64,000 bases of DNA from Scyliorhinus canicula (Eukaryota): assembly GCF_902713615.1 (NCBI RefSeq), contig NC_052156.1, positions 141,898,404-141,962,403 of the forward strand. The letters are read 5' to 3'. The translations under genes were made by a program, and so were the position numbers. Numbering within the stretch: position 1 is the first letter of the stretch; every line of letters begins with the position of its first letter. Below are positions 1 through 13,142 of the stretch, piece after piece. The notes under the pieces were generated by a model. That model ran no database searches and was not told the origin of the DNA. It was given only the letters and a program-made list of their open reading frames with translations.

Positions 1-618
1 GGCAAACCAGAGGAAGGATGTCCTATCTATGGGGTAGGCTTTGCCATAAAAATTTAATTGGCCTGGTGCCTCAACAAATCCCCCTGCGGGTAAGTGAATA
101 CTTCTTGACTCTACGGATCACACTGGCCCAGAAGTAGCAAATCACAGCCCTCAGTTCCCATGCCCCAACCCTAGACACAATGGATTAGGCAAAAGAGGTA
201 TTCTACTTCGGCCTCAACCAAACATCCCAAAGGGAGACGAGCTAATTCTCCTCAGCGACTTCAATGCTAGAGTCGGGAGAGACACAAACCTTTGTAAAGC
301 TGTGTCAAGCAGGGAAGACTAGGGAAAACAAACCCCAATGGAGTTGAACTCCTGATGAAATGCCTAGACCATGACCTTGTCATGTTCTGCCAGAGAGACA
401 AGCACAAGACCTCATGGCAACACACCCGCTCCACGTATTGACACCTAATAGACTGTGGAGGTGACAACACAGGTGGAAAATCTGGAGAGAATTTGGAAAC
501 GTGATTCTTTCTAGAAAGATTGTGTTTGCTGATTTTCTCTGCCTGTCGCTGGCAATGTCATGTGGTTCAAGCCAGAAAGGACAGGAACCTCATTTAAATA
601 GATTTTAATGCATTTAAA

Positions 619-799
619 GGGGCTGGTTTAGCTCACTCAGCTAAATCGCTGGCTTTTAAAGCAGGCCAGCAGCACGGTTCGATTCCCGTACCAGCCTCCC
701 CGGACAGGCGCTGGAATGTGGTGACTAGGGGCTTTTCACAGTAACTTCATTGAAGCATACTCGTGACAATAAGCGATTTTCATTTTTCATTTCATTTCA
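619..799 (+). mobile_element. Short tRNA-derived SINE with (TTTCA)n tail
   Basis: A-box-like TGGTTTAGCTCACTCAG, B-box GGTTCGATTCCC, tail CTTTTCACAGTAACTTCATTGAAGC..GTGACAATAAGCG. Near-identical copy at 41863-42037. Confidence 0.85.
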
Positions 800-879
800 A
801 ATCTCATTAACGGGCCCCCCGCCACATGATCCCCCCTCACAAAATAGTTATATCTCACCGACATGATTGCAACAGGTTG

Positions 880-1110
880 GGCAGCACGGTGGCGCAGTGG
901 TAACACTGCAGTCTCACGGCGTCGAGGTCCCAGGTTCGATCCCGGCTCTGGGTCACTGTCCGTGTCGAGTTTGCACATTCTCCCCGTGTTTGCGTGGGTT
1001 TCGCCCCCACAACCCAAAGATGTGCAGGGTAGGTGGATTGAACACGCTAAATTGCCCCTTAATTGAAAAAAATGAATTGGGTACTCTAAGTTTATTAAAA
1101 AAAAGAAAAA
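880..1110 (+). mobile_element. HE1-like V-SINE, short form
   Basis: Head GGGCAGCACGGTGGCGCAGTGG..GGTTCGATCCC, conserved core GTTTGCACATTCTCCCCGTG..CCCAAAGATGTGCAGG..AAATTGCCCC, A-rich end. Many copies in the window. Confidence 0.85.
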
Positions 1111-4100
1111 GGGGCACAGGGGCAGCAGGAGGAGATGCCCCGGCACAGGTCGGCACTGCCAGTTTGGCACTATACCAACCTGGCCTAGGGCACCAGAGCC
1201 AGGGGTGAGCTCTAGTGGGAGCAAAATGAATGGGGTTCATTTATGTATTTGTGTCGGGGGGTTGCTGTTTGGTGAGAGTGGGGCACTGAGGGGGGGGGGG
1301 GGGGGGGGGGGGCGTGCGGCAGTGCCACCAAAACCTCTGCAATGGTGGGGTGGGAATGCTGGCAATGATTATTGGAGTGAGGGGGAAGGGAATGCTGGTG
1401 ATGATTATCGTCGGGGGCGTGAGTAAGAGAACCCATGTGTGTTGGGGGCTGGGGGGCCGTTAGATTTTAGTGCTGATATGGGGTTCCCTTCAAAGATGGT
1501 GCCCTGATCTTTGTGGGGCTGGTTGTCAGCTCTATCAAAGCCTGCCAGAATGACGGTGTAAAAATCCATGCCCACTCATCTTTTTTCTTTTAAGAGGCTC
1601 AAAATCTGGAGAGAAAACTAGTTTGTGCAATTGGAGGGTTACACATCAGTTTTCAGTCTGAGCCTGACCCTTTGCCAAATTCTGGCAGGGACCAAAAAGA
1701 TGTCTGCATCACCCACACCATGAGTGGAGCTAGCAATGCTGGACTGATCACCGCTCTAACATCTCCATCAACCTGGCCCCAAACCGGCAAAGGCAGATAA
1801 AACTCTGCTGCAGGACACTCAATGTCGCTGGGCTCAAAAGACCCTGAGAAGAAAGACCTACTCAGCCAGTGCCTCACAACCAACCTGGCAATGACCAACA
1901 GCCGCAGAGTGCCCACAGTGCCTGGTCCACCCTAAAAGCCACCATACTCAGCATCTGCGAGGAGACGCTTGGTCTCTCATCCAGGAAACATCAAGACTGG
2001 TTCGATAAGAAAGATTAGGAGGTCCAGGTCTTCTAGACTGCAAACTCAAGGTGCTCCTGAACTGGTAACTCCACCAAAACCCGAGCGAGAGGAAACAAGA
2101 CGACAGGCAATTGAAGGCCGAGGTGCAACAAAGAACCCGTGACCTAAAGAACAGATGGTGGGTGGAAAGTGCGCAGGAGACTCAGTAACCCGCTGTCAGC
2201 CATGATGTGGGCGGCTTCTTCTGCGCAATTAAAGCCATCTACGGTCCATGTACTCAAGGATTTACCCCACCGAGAACCAAAAACAGAGACGCTCATTAAA
2301 GACAGAGAGACAGTCAACGCCTGCTGGAGAGAGCACTTAAAGGACCTCCTCAACCAAGACACAGCCCTCAACGCATGTGCCCTCGAAGCTATCCCGCAAC
2401 ACACACACCCGCCACCATTTCAGCACAACCCTCGCATGCCGTGAGGTCGAAACAGCCATTGACAACTAAAGAACAAGGCCTTGGCGCAGATGGAATCCCC
2501 GCTGAAGTACTAAAGTATGGTGGAGAGACACTCTTGACTCGAATACACAAACACTTCACCCTTGTTTGGAAGGGAAAGAGAATGCCGGGAGATCTCCGAG
2601 AAGCCATAATTGTGACTATCTTCAAGAAAGGAGACAGGTCTGACTGCAGAAATTACAGAGGGAATTCCCTACTGTCCGTCAAGTGAAAGTTCATCACGAG
2701 AATACTCCTCAGCCACCAGCTCCTAGTTGCTGACAAACTCCTCCCAGAGTCTCAATGTGGCTTCCGCCCATCAAGAGGCGCAATGGATATGATCTTCAGC
2801 GCATGAAAAATCCAAGAAAAGTGGAGGGAGCAACACCAACCCTTGTACATGGCCTCTCTGATCTCGTCTTCGACTGTCAACCGTGAGGGATTGTGGAGCA
2901 CCCTCCTCAAATTTGGCTGCCCCTAGAAATTTATCACCATTCTCTGCTTGCTCCACTATGACATGCAAGCAGTGATCCTCACCAACAGATCCACCACAGA
3001 CCCAATATGTGTGCAAACCAGGGTCAAGCAGGGCTGCATCATTGCAACAACGCTCTTCTCCATCTTCCTCACTGCAACACTCCACCCCATCACCCTGAAG
3101 CTGCCGTCTGGAGTGGAGCTAACCAACCAGAAAAGCAGGAAACTGTTCAACCTCTGACGTTCCAGGCCAGAATCAAGACCATCCCAACTTCTGTCATCGA
3201 GCTGCAGTACGCAGACGACGCCTGTGTGTGCGCACACTCCGAGGCTGAACTACAAACCATCGTTGACGAATTCACCGAGGTCTATGAGAAAAGGCATCAC
3301 ACTAAACATCTGGAAAGCAAAGGTTCTCTATCAGCCCCTTCCAGCCACACAACACTCGCCATCATGATCCACGACAAACCCCTGCACAACACATGTGCCC
3401 ATTATGGCATCCTGCAACACACTACTCCCATATGTCTGGAGCCTCCTCTCGTGGTGAACAGTTATCGATAATGAAATCCAACATCAACTCCAATACGCCA
3501 GAGCAGCCTTCAGGCGCCTGAGGGAACAGAGTGTTTGAAAACCAAAACCTCAAATCCAGCACCAAACGTATGGTCTACAGAGAAGCCGTGGTCCCCGGCC
3601 TCCTGTATACAACAGAAACATGGACAATGTACAGCAGACACCTCAGATCCCTGGATATCACCAAAGTGCCTCGCTAAATCCTGCAAATACACTGACATGA
3701 TAAACGTACCAATTTGAGTGTCCTCTCCCAGGCACCAGTATCGAGGCACTGTTCATGCTTGACCAGCTGTGATGGGTGGGCCACAAAACAAATGCTTTAC
3801 TCTAGACTTCCCAATGGCAAGTGATCACTGGGAGGGCAGAGGAAACGCTAAAGGAAACTCTGAAAGCATCCCTAAATAAATGCAACATTCCCATCAACAC
3901 ATGGGAATCACTTACCCTAGAATGCACAAACTGGAGAAGAAGCATCAACAAAGGCGCCAACCTCCTGAAGCACGAGGAGGCCAAGAGCAAGTAGTGGAGT
4001 GAGTGTGTAGAATCCAGTGTCTCAACCACCCGCCTCATAGATCACCATCTGCCCCACCTGTGGTAGAGTCTATGGCCCCAGGATTGGTCAATTCAGCCAC

Positions 4101-4781
4101 CGCAGTACCCACCCTCCTAAGAGTGGAGGTAAGTCACCCTCGACCCTGAGGGACTGAAAAAAAGAGGTCCCTTTAAATTGAATCAACAATATATCCCGAT
4201 TTTAGCCTCCAGAACTTACCGTTATGCCAGACCTGTACTGGTCTTTCTAAGTGAGATTGCCAGTTATCGTGGTTATTAAATGCTGGACCAAGCTTCCCTG
4301 ACAATAAGTGGTCTAGACAAGACTAGCTTCTGAATTGACTTGTGTTTGGGACCTTTACAGAGGAGCCAGGGAGGGCATTCCCAGTCTAGGTGTCAGAGAT
4401 GAAGGGGCAGTGGTTTAACTTGCAGAACCCACCTGTGTCTTCCTATTGTGAATTTAGGTTATTGGTTGGGATTTGTGTATTATACTTAACCTTTGATCAT
4501 TGACATTAATTGCACTGTAAAATATAAACATTCAAATAAACACTTCATAAATTATATAACCTGTTTACATCTTTTTGAGTTAATCAACTATTTTAGTAAC
4601 TGGTGTCATGTATAAAATTAGTAAGAAAATAAATTAGCATTTGTTTTTTAACCAAGGAAAGGTACAGCAATGTCTACTATCCAGTTTTCACCATGATCAG
4701 AATACTTGGGGATCAATTGGACCCTTATTTTAAAATGTGATTTATAAACTATGCTGTGAATTAATTTATACTTTGTTCTAG

Positions 4782-5030
4782 GCACCATTGTCGTTCCTGT
4801 TATTGTTTGACAGCTGCGGACACAAAGACGTTCTTCTAAGACTTCTGATATTCGTGGCAAATCTGAAGGAAAGTTTGAATCTGTTGCAGGGTTCTGTACA
4901 GTATGAAATGGAATCTATCCATTCTGTACTGTTTGGGAATCCAACACCATTTTCTCATAAACTTCAAACGCTTATGTTGTACCAAGATAATGAAGTGAAA
5001 CATCAGGTTGCTAGAATTATCATCAAATAG
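4782..5030 (+). CDS. ARMC10: Armadillo repeat-containing protein 10, last coding exon
   Basis: Acceptor ctttgttctag| at 4781, phase 0, reads APLSFLLLFDSCGHKDVLLRLLIFVANLKES..KLQTLMLYQDNEVKHQVARIIIK*. Resembles the recalled human ARMC10 C-terminus (SSFLSLYDSHVAKEILLRVLTLFQNIK..HHDAEVKEKVVTII). Adjacent to NAPEPLD as in human. Confidence 0.88.
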   Translation, partial: APLSFLLLFDSCGHKDVLLRLLIFVANLKESLNLLQGSVQYEMESIHSVLFGNPTPFSHKLQTLMLYQDNEVKHQVARIIIK

Positions 5031-7156
5031 TCTTAGATAGCTGTTTCATTAATTACAAAGTTTTATGTTTTAATGACTATGCAAGTTAAATGTGTCAGTT
5101 TGAATATAAATACAGCAATTTAGCAAACCAAGTTTTATTCAGTGTCTATATATTGCTTTTGGGTAATCTGAAGGGGGAGTCATTTCCAATGCTCATGAGA
5201 GTTGTTCTTGTGCTAATGCTGTTTTTGCTGTAACTATATTGTAGAGGAGTAATAGGGTCTTAATCCCAACAAACTAATTATGTGGAGAAAGTTTAAACAT
5301 TTATTTGTGTCTAGCGGTTGAAAATCATTACAAAACTTTTTAAATATGTATGGTGACTTACCAGTATTACTTAAGTATTCTTATGAATCACTGTAAACTG
5401 ATGTAATATGATTAATTGTGTTGTCTTTATTTGTCTCATTATTAAATTTGCTACACTGCCCTCATTCCTTTGTTGACTTGGGAAGCTAAAGATGATGATA
5501 ATTGAACAACTTGCGAAGACAACCAAGTACGGGACAATCTCCTGTGTAGTTCCCTGAATTACATTTTAGCCAGACTAGCCAAGGGTAGAGGTGGCAAACG
5601 GAACTAGTGAACCCATACTTCCTTCATGGCAAACTGAAGATGACGTTCAGATAATGGATTCCTACAAGAACAGAGAAACATTATGTACAAATTGACAGAA
5701 GACAATGTAAAACCAGTTCCCATTACCTAAAAATGACATGTTAAAATAGGGAAAAGTACCAAAATCACAAGAAGTAAACAGAGGCGTGCATAAATGCATC
5801 CAGGGAAGAAAGAACATTTGCTGAAACAGGTTTAAAAATTAAAGTTTTTTTGATTGTCAATGTTAAGACTGTACTCCCAAATTATTGCTTTTTTGTACAG
5901 GTGAGATTAAATAATATATAGTAAACAAGATAAGGATTTTTCAGAGATTACTTTGAACCAGGTCTTTTTAGATCTGTAGCATTAGTGGATATAGATTGAA
6001 GTTTAATATCCAACCTTTAGACAATAAAATCCATCTGTCAACTCTTATGTCCATGAGATATTTGAAAAGGTTACCTTAAGTATGTGTTTATTTAACCAAA
6101 CAAAGTTTGTAGCAAAATACAGTCACTGCTATAGATTTTCCCCCCCAGAAAATAATAAGTTGTTACTGAAAAGAAGCCTAATCATTCTTGAGTAGAACCA
6201 CCATATTTTGAATGTCATTTAGGAGTTCCCATCAGCTTTTAAGCATATTGACGTTTGGGGAGTCAACGAAGTTGGTATATTTCTGCACAATGAATTAGCG
6301 TGTCTATCAGAGATGTAATTATTTTTAGTTTCCTTCCTCTAGACTGAGAGCATTGTAAACTATTAAAGAAGAAGCAAAGCAATTTTGATATATGTGAAAA
6401 TTCACAATATTTTCAACCCATCTTTTGATCAAAGTAGTGTATGATATTTTGCAGAAACTATTGGCACACCACTATTAAAATATAACACACTCCCAAAGTT
6501 CACTGCTCAAAATATATGCCATGTGTTAGGAAAACAAAGGTAGTTTTAAAGGATTTATATTTGTATGGGTAAACATTAGAAATAAGTGTGTTCAATTTAA
6601 TATTTCTGTGCCCGGAAGGATAAAACCTATAGTTAGATTCATACTGGACAACGGTGTTTGTATTTGTGGGGGTTGGTTAAGTTCCAGCTGTGTTTCTCTT
6701 GTGCTCAGAGAGGGCTATGTCATGTATAAATAAACCAGAGGCGATTGCTTAGCATTTGGGAACGTGTACAGTAGTGAAGCTTTTAAGTTGTAGTTTAGCT
6801 AATTTGATGACAGTTGGAGATAGGTAGTGAGAGAGAAGGCAGCTCTCACAGCTCTGCTGGAAGCAATTGGTTTTAGGAAGCTAAAATGGGAACATAACAT
6901 CTCTCTATGAGCTTTGCTAGAAGAAAAGCCATACTATGGAGTTAAGAAAACAGATGCCAGAAATCTAAAGTTCAACTAGTTGAGGAAACTAGAAAAATGA
7001 AGAGGCGTGTCCAAGAAGTCTGGAATTAAGTGAACAGAGACCAAGGTATGGTTCAGCAGAACCCAAGGAAGAGTAAACAAAATGTTTTGCATTAAAGAGA
7101 CAATTGCAGTAACCAGTTTTAGAGTGGGATAGCAGCCTTAGGTAAATCAAATGTCG

Positions 7157-7770
7157 GGGCGGGATTCTCTCAGCCCGGGGCCGGGTCAGAGAATCCTCGC
7201 AACCGGGCCATGCCGCCCCGACACCGGCACGCGATTCTCTGCAGAGCGGAGAATTGGCACCGGGGCATTTGGCGCGGTGCCGGTCGCAGGCTGCTGTATG
7301 CGGCCGGCCACCGATTCTCCGGCCCGCATGGGCCGAGCAGCCGCTCTAAAAAGGCAGAGCCCTGCTGGCGCCGTCCACACCTGGTCGCAGCCGGCAGAAA
7401 CTCTGCGCGCAGGGTCGGGAGGGGGGGCGGCCTGTGGGGGGACTCCGACCCCAGGGAGGGCATCCGATGGGGCCAGCCTCTCGCTCCCCGGGCCTATTTT
7501 CTTCCGTGCCGGCCCCTGAACTCCCATGCCATGTTGCGTCGGGGCCGGCGCGTTGAGGGAGGCTACCGCGCAGGTGCGGGTTGGCGCCGGCGCTACTGCG
7601 CATGAGCGGATCCCGCGCACAGTTCACGCCGGGATGGGAGGCTGTAGCGGGTGCTGGCCCCCTATAGGGGCTGGAATCGGTACTCCCAGCAGCCCGTTCA
7701 CACCGTTGTGAAACGTGACGGCGTTTCCGACAGCGTGGACACTCTGCCGCCGAATGGGAGAATCCCACCC
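7157..7770. mobile_element. GC-rich Harbinger-type MITE
   Basis: TIRs GGGCGGGATTCTC / GAGAATCCCACCC, repeated internal GATTCTC/GAGAATC motifs, no coding capacity. Confidence 0.8.
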
Positions 7771-8179
7771 CATATGTCACTTTAATAGTCTGGGAATCTA
7801 GAGTTAAATCAATTGTAAGACAAAGAAATCTTAAAGGGGTTGGTGTAAAATCCTGGACTGTATTTGCTGTTAAATATGGAATGGGAAGCTTTGTTTAAAA
7901 GTGTAATTTGGAAAACCTGGTCTAGATTTCAGAATAAAAGTGCAATGGGAAGGCCTACTTATGAGAGAAGATTTTAAAGTGTGCTTTTGGGAGTGGAGTT
8001 TGTAAACTCTCACATGACAATCATCTGGGGGGTTTCTGAGGAGACAGCCACAAACATTCACTTGGGGTTCAGAGTGGAGATTGTATTTGCCCACAGTCAT
8101 CTTGTGTGCCTAAAAGGGACTTGTGTTAATGAAACCATTCTAGATCAAGATAAAAGCAAATTACTGCATCAGCCAACAG

Positions 8180-8612
8180 GCCGCTGATTTCGGCCGAGTC
8201 CCACCAGCGTGGGTTACTCAGGAGACCTGGAAGGGGTATCTGCGGGAGCCGTCCCGGAAGGGGGGGGGATCCGACCCCAGGGGGGGGCCTCCACGGTGGC
8301 TTGGCCCACGATCGGGGCCTACCGATCGGCGTGTGGGCTGGTTCCATGGGGGCCTATGTTCCTCCGTGCCGGGCCCCTGTAGGGCTCCTCCATTTTGCCC
8401 GGGGACTGGCACGGAGATGGGAACCCACACGCATGCGCAGTTTCAGGCTGGCTGTTGCACGCCCGCTGGAGTTGCGGGGACCTCTCCAGCACCAACGTAC
8501 CCCCTAGAAAGGGGAGAATACCCGATTATCGGGGACCATTGACGCCAGAGTGGTTGGTGCCACTTTTCACGCCGGCGTCAGAATTTGGACGCGGGATTGG
8601 AGAATCCCGGCC
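8180..8612. mobile_element. Harbinger-type MITE, left-truncated
   Basis: Right TIR GGAGAATCCCGGCC. Inverted homologue of the element starting at 8673. Confidence 0.75.
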
Positions 8613-8672
8613 ATGAAGTCCAAATCATTTAGTTGCTTTTCCACCATCCACTCAACCTCATTTAAACACTCA

Positions 8673-9310
8673 GGCCGGGATTCTCCAATCCCACGGCCAA
8701 GCACTGATGCCGGCGTGAAAAGCGGCGCCAACCACTCCGTCGTCAACGGGTCCCAATGATCAGGAATGCTCTCCTTTCTAGGGGGCTAGGTCGGCGCGGA
8801 GTGGTCCCCGCAGCTCCAGCCGGCGCGAGTTTGCGCATGCGCGGAATGGCCGGCGTGATTCCGCGCATGCGCGTGGGTTCTCATCCCCGTGCCGGTCCCC
8901 GGGCAATATGGCTGAGCCCTACAGGGGCCCGACCCAGAGGAACATAAGCCCCCATGAACCAGCCGGCCCACCAGGCCCCGAGCGCCGGCCAGGCCACAAT
9001 GGAGGCCCCCCCGGGGTCGGATCTTCCCGCACCCCCTTCAGGACGGCCCCCGCAGACACACCTTCCATGAGGGACTTGAGTAGCCCATGCCGGCAGGACT
9101 CGGCCGAACTCGGTGGCCATTCGGCCCGTTGGGGCCCGGAGAATCGCCGGGGGGGATGCTTTTGACGGCGCGAAACCAATGCGGCGGTGATCCCGCAGGC
9201 GATCGAGAATTGGTGCCGGAGAATTGGTAAGCTGGCGTCGGGGTGCGATTCTCGCGTCCCCCCGGGGACACATGGCCACATGACCCAGCACTGGGTCAGA
9301 GAATCCGGCC
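8673..9310. mobile_element. Harbinger-type MITE
   Basis: TIRs GGCCGGGATTCTC / GAGAATCCGGCC, two GCGCATGCGC palindromes. Confidence 0.8.
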
Positions 9311-9614
9311 ACATTCCATTTTAGGTTGCAGAAAATCTTAATTTCATCTATCATCTTCCCTCTCTTGTTTCAAGAGAGAAAAGATCTAGTGTAGTTGTAT
9401 TTCATCATATGTCATTCCATTACGTTCCTATGAACATTAGCCCTTCTATGTACCTCTTCCAATAACTATATCCTGTTTAGAAATATTAGAGGCAAAACGG
9501 CATGTAAAGTTCCAGATGTGATCTTGAGGCCAAATACGTTTTAAATTACCTTTATGAATAGATCAACAACAATTTAAGAGCTCTAATTTTGTTACACCCT
9601 TCTAACTTCTTCTT

Positions 9615-9839
9615 TTAAAATATAAATTTAGAGTACCCAATTCATTTTTCCAATTAAGGGGCAATTTAGTGTGGCCAATCCACCTACCCTGCACATCTTT
9701 TGGGTTGTGGGGGCGAAACCCACGCAAACACGGGGAGAATGTGCAAACTCCATACGGACAGTGACCCAGTGCCGAGATCGAACCTGGGACCTCGGCGCCG
9801 TGAGGCTGCAGTGCTACTCAATGTGCCACCGCGCTGCCC
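9615..9839 (-). mobile_element. HE1-like V-SINE, short form
   Basis: Reverse complement of the 880-1110 element. Confidence 0.85.
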
Positions 9840-11329
9840 CTAACTTCTCCTTTTGTGCCTTATTGCATTATCTGGATGTCCGAATACACTTCAGGTCCAT
9901 TCAGTTATTTCTTGAAGTGCAGTCCTAGGTTTGTAGGCAAGTACAGCAGTCAGTTTGAGTGTTTTAAGTTTCCACATACCACAAACTGGAAGAATGCCCA
10001 GTCAATGTACTTATACTGAAGTTACAGTGAATACAAAAAATTAGTCCCTTTGTATTTATGTAAAGAAATCTTAATCTCTTAAGTAATCTGAATGGAGACA
10101 AACAAAGACACGGCAACAGGAAAATAGAGACTTGTTTTAATTTTTGTCTGTTAACAATGTCATTGAGAGATCAGCTGGAATTTTCTTCTCAAGTTTTACA
10201 TTTCATCACATTTTTATATATACTAAAAATATTTCACCTCAGCTCCTACTCTGATCTAATGGTACACTACACCCACACAGTCCTCAAGTGTTAATCAGTT
10301 GGAAAGGAGGATTAGAGTAGTAGCTACAAAATGTGTAACTATTAGCCATTCAAACTGGTTAGGTTTTTTTAGAGGGGAAAATAAACCCGGGATAGATATA
10401 CTTCCCACAGGGAAAGTCACATCCACCCCTGAGAAAATTGATTAAAAACATTTAAAACATCTCCTGTCTGAGAGGGACACAAAGTATTTATAAAACAGCC
10501 AGGAATACAAATTTGGAGGTGAATTAGCATATCAGACAGAGCCAGGGTTCCAGCAAAGCATCTTTGAATTAACTGGGTAGCCCTACCATTATTCTCTCCT
10601 GCCAGTCTTGCATCTTCCCCTAACTGTAACATTTGCTTATTTTCGCAATGATGACCAATTATATTACTCATGGCCACAGGCCATTTATTCATAAAATACA
10701 CTGATAATCCACATCTTTGTACATCTACCTGACCACAAATGCATCTATAGTGTCAGTACAATTTCTGCTTATTAAAGAGGCACTTAGCTTAAGGCCAACT
10801 TTTCAATTCAAGCTCAAGGTCATCATTCAAGCTGCACTGAAATCTCTGTGTGTATAGTATTCAGTTCTAGTAAAACTTTATGCATTTCACATGCTCAAAA
10901 ATGTCAATTTATTTAAAGTGTGCAAACTTAAAAACATTTTTGGCAAACGTGCAGGTGGCAGGTTGAATGCATCTACAATGGAAGACAATCACGGGCTCAC
11001 TTTCGGCAGCTCACACACTGCAAAACCCACATATTTATTCAAAGCGTTCAGCAATAAAATAGCACCTTTTCGTAGTTCAATAAAACAAACACTATATCGA
11101 CTAATTGAAAAAAAATTCAGGGGAAGAGAAATTGACTTTGTAAAGCAGGCACACATGATGCTTATCTTTCAAATATGTGCAGTGAGATTAAAGAACCATG
11201 ACAATTCATAAACTAATGGCACTTCAATTAAAATTCAGTCCAAAATTAAAAACAGTGGTTATCAGAAAGGCAAGCCAAGTTTCACTTGCCGTGTGTGAAA
11301 CATCAACACTTAGAAAGCAGTTTGCATTT

Positions 11330-11455
11330 TCACTGAAAACCTTCGTCCTCACTCAAATTCTTTGATTCTCCATGCTTTAAAACAAAGAAATCCTCCGGTT
11401 TCAATCCATATCTTTCTCGAGCTTCCTCAAGTTTTCTTGGAGGGTCCAAGTAGTA
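11330..11455 (-). CDS. NAPEPLD: N-acyl-phosphatidylethanolamine phospholipase D, last coding exon
   Basis: Acceptor tttttcaattccag|, phase 0, reads [41 protein letters not shown] (TGA at 11330-11332). Matches the recalled human [32 protein letters not shown]. Confidence 0.95.
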   Translation of the reverse strand, partial: YYLDPPRKLEEARERYGLKPEDFFVLKHGESKNLSEDEGFQ

Positions 11456-12613
11456 CTGGAATTGAAAAATCCTTTATTAATTCATGCAATAGGTTTGAAA
11501 TGGTCAAGAAAAGAGACACAATTATGAGGACATTGATGCCAATAAACAATTTTGCATTTCAGCATGATCAGCAAACTGCCACCTCTTAAAGATATACACT
11601 TCATTTTTTACAATTTTATATTTTCTGCCCTGTTTTTTATTGTTAAAGAGCCACTCCTTTCCCACTTATGAGGTCAGGAAGGCATTTTCCAATAGTACCC
11701 TTGAAACAAATAGCAAGAGGCATAAAGAGCAAGCTGGAGTAATTGGATTGCTGATTTTTCTTCCAAAGTCACTTTCAAACCTTTCACACCTAACCTACCT
11801 TGATGCCAATATTGGCATTCGGTCATACAGAAAATTATTTTTGCTGATCCTGTCTTACCACTTTGTGACACCATGCAGTAGGACGTCAATCTGGTGCATC
11901 AGCCATTTGTCCCTCTGTCACACTTCGGAACGGAATCATTTGAATTGTTTATGCAACCAGAAAATAATGTATTACATTTTACAAGAACTTTCTGGAGATA
12001 CAGCAGCTTAAATTGACCAGCCCCCAAAAATGGTCAGGGGCTTGTGATGGAAAGATGAATACCTTGCATCTGTTCAATGTGATGCAGGTCACATACCAAC
12101 TTCTGGCTGCCTAATCGTTACCATGATTATAGTGGAGCTAGGCATGCTGTTGAGTGGCTGCACACCTCAGAAGGAATCTAAAGTGGTGAGAGGCGAGCAT
12201 CAGTTAAAAGTAGCCTACAATCATTAAAGCCAGTCTTTTAAAGGGGAAGTGCATTGTGGCTGTAGCAGGTGGTGGAAGTCCCTGTACAAGTCATTTCAAT
12301 GTGGAAAAAACAATGTCACAACATGGGAGAAAGCATGCTCCAAAGTTCTTAGATGCTGCACTGGAATCCTAGGTGAGGAGGTACAAAGGAGAAGAGATGT
12401 GTATATTCACAGAAGGCCCTTCAGACAAATGCTCAGAAGACAGTGTAACGAGATAGCCGCAGCGGTTAATGCCAGGAATTTGCAGCGTTGCAAAAAAAAA
12501 AAAATCCAGTGATCTCACAGAAGTGATTAAGATCAATAAATTCATCTTTAAATGCCATAACAATTCAGTCGCCTATCAAAAATCTCTATCAATCAGGATT
12601 CTTACCTAACGTT

Positions 12614-12775
12614 TAATAATAATAATCGCTTATTGTCACAAGTAGGCTTCAATTAAGCTACTGTGAAATGCCCCTAGTCGCCACATTTCCAGCGTCTGTT
12701 CAGGGAGGCCGGTACGGGAATTGAACCCACGCTGCTGGCCTTGTTCTGCATTACAAGCCAGCTGTTTAGCCCCTA
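12614..12775 (-). mobile_element. Short tRNA-derived SINE with (ATT)n tail
   Basis: Reverse complement of the 619-799 family. Confidence 0.8.
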
Positions 12776-12926
12776 TTGCGCTGCTGCAAGTCATATACTC
12801 ACATCTCACAACTTGCACACGCTGCCAGCTGTTCAGCCATGACAGTCACATTAGTCAAAAAGATTGCACCACGTTCATTGATGTGCTTCCCACTTTTCGC
12901 TGCTGCTTTCATGGCTGCAGATGCCC

Positions 12927-13142
12927 GGTAGCATTGTGGATAGCACAATTGCTTCACAGCTCCAGGGTCCCAGGTTCGATATCGGCTTGGGTCACTGTCT
13001 GTGTGGAGTCTGCACATCCTCCCCGTGTGTGCGTAGGTTTCCTCCGGGTGCTCCGGTTTCCTCCCACAGTCCAAAGATGTACAGGTTGGGTGGATTGGCC
13101 ATGATAAATTGCCCTTAGTGTCCAAAATTCTATGATCTATGA
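12927..13142 (+). mobile_element. HE1-like V-SINE, internally deleted
   Basis: tRNA-like head, V-domain, TTCTATGATCTATGA tail. Confidence 0.8.

Larger units (their letters stand above)
470..1687. mobile_element. Old non-autonomous (MITE-like) insertion splitting the RTE endonuclease; contains two SINEs
   Basis: RTE reading HLID.. stops near 465 and resumes as RDQKDVCITHTM near 1688. Partial inverted ends AGAATTTGG / CCAAATTCT. Confidence 0.5.
1..4165 (+). mobile_element. Degenerate RTE-clade LINE (AP endonuclease + RT + C-terminal Cys/His motif), starts before the window, interrupted at about 470-1687
   Basis: Translated fragments: GVGFAIK, ILLSDFNARVG, KTSWQH..HLID (APE); GADGIPAEVLKYGG, IVTIFKKGDRSDCRNYRG, VKQGCIIATTLFSIF, ELQYADD (RT); CPTCGR..SHRSTH near 4050-4110. 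Many stops and frameshifts. Confidence 0.9.

Noticed and set aside
880-960. tRNA-like A and B boxes (GGTTCGATCCC)
   Set aside because: These are SINE heads that continue into a V-domain and tail, and no complete tRNA cloverleaf was evident.
6520-8130. Possible LTR-like element around the 7157 MITE (similar impression at 53340-53695)
   Set aside because: I could not define both TG..CA termini or a TSD.
7151-9354. Many overlapping 60-240 aa ORFs on both strands (also at 14.5, 20, 25, 26, 48.6-49.4 and 61.5-63.5 kb)
   Set aside because: They lie inside GC-rich MITEs where stop codons are rare, are rich in P/G/R/A, and show no domain motifs.
11640-12011. 123-aa ORF next to the Myb relic as a possible Harbinger transposase
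   Set aside because: No recognisable HARBI1-type motifs (IDCTH, HD, GD.GY) were seen.
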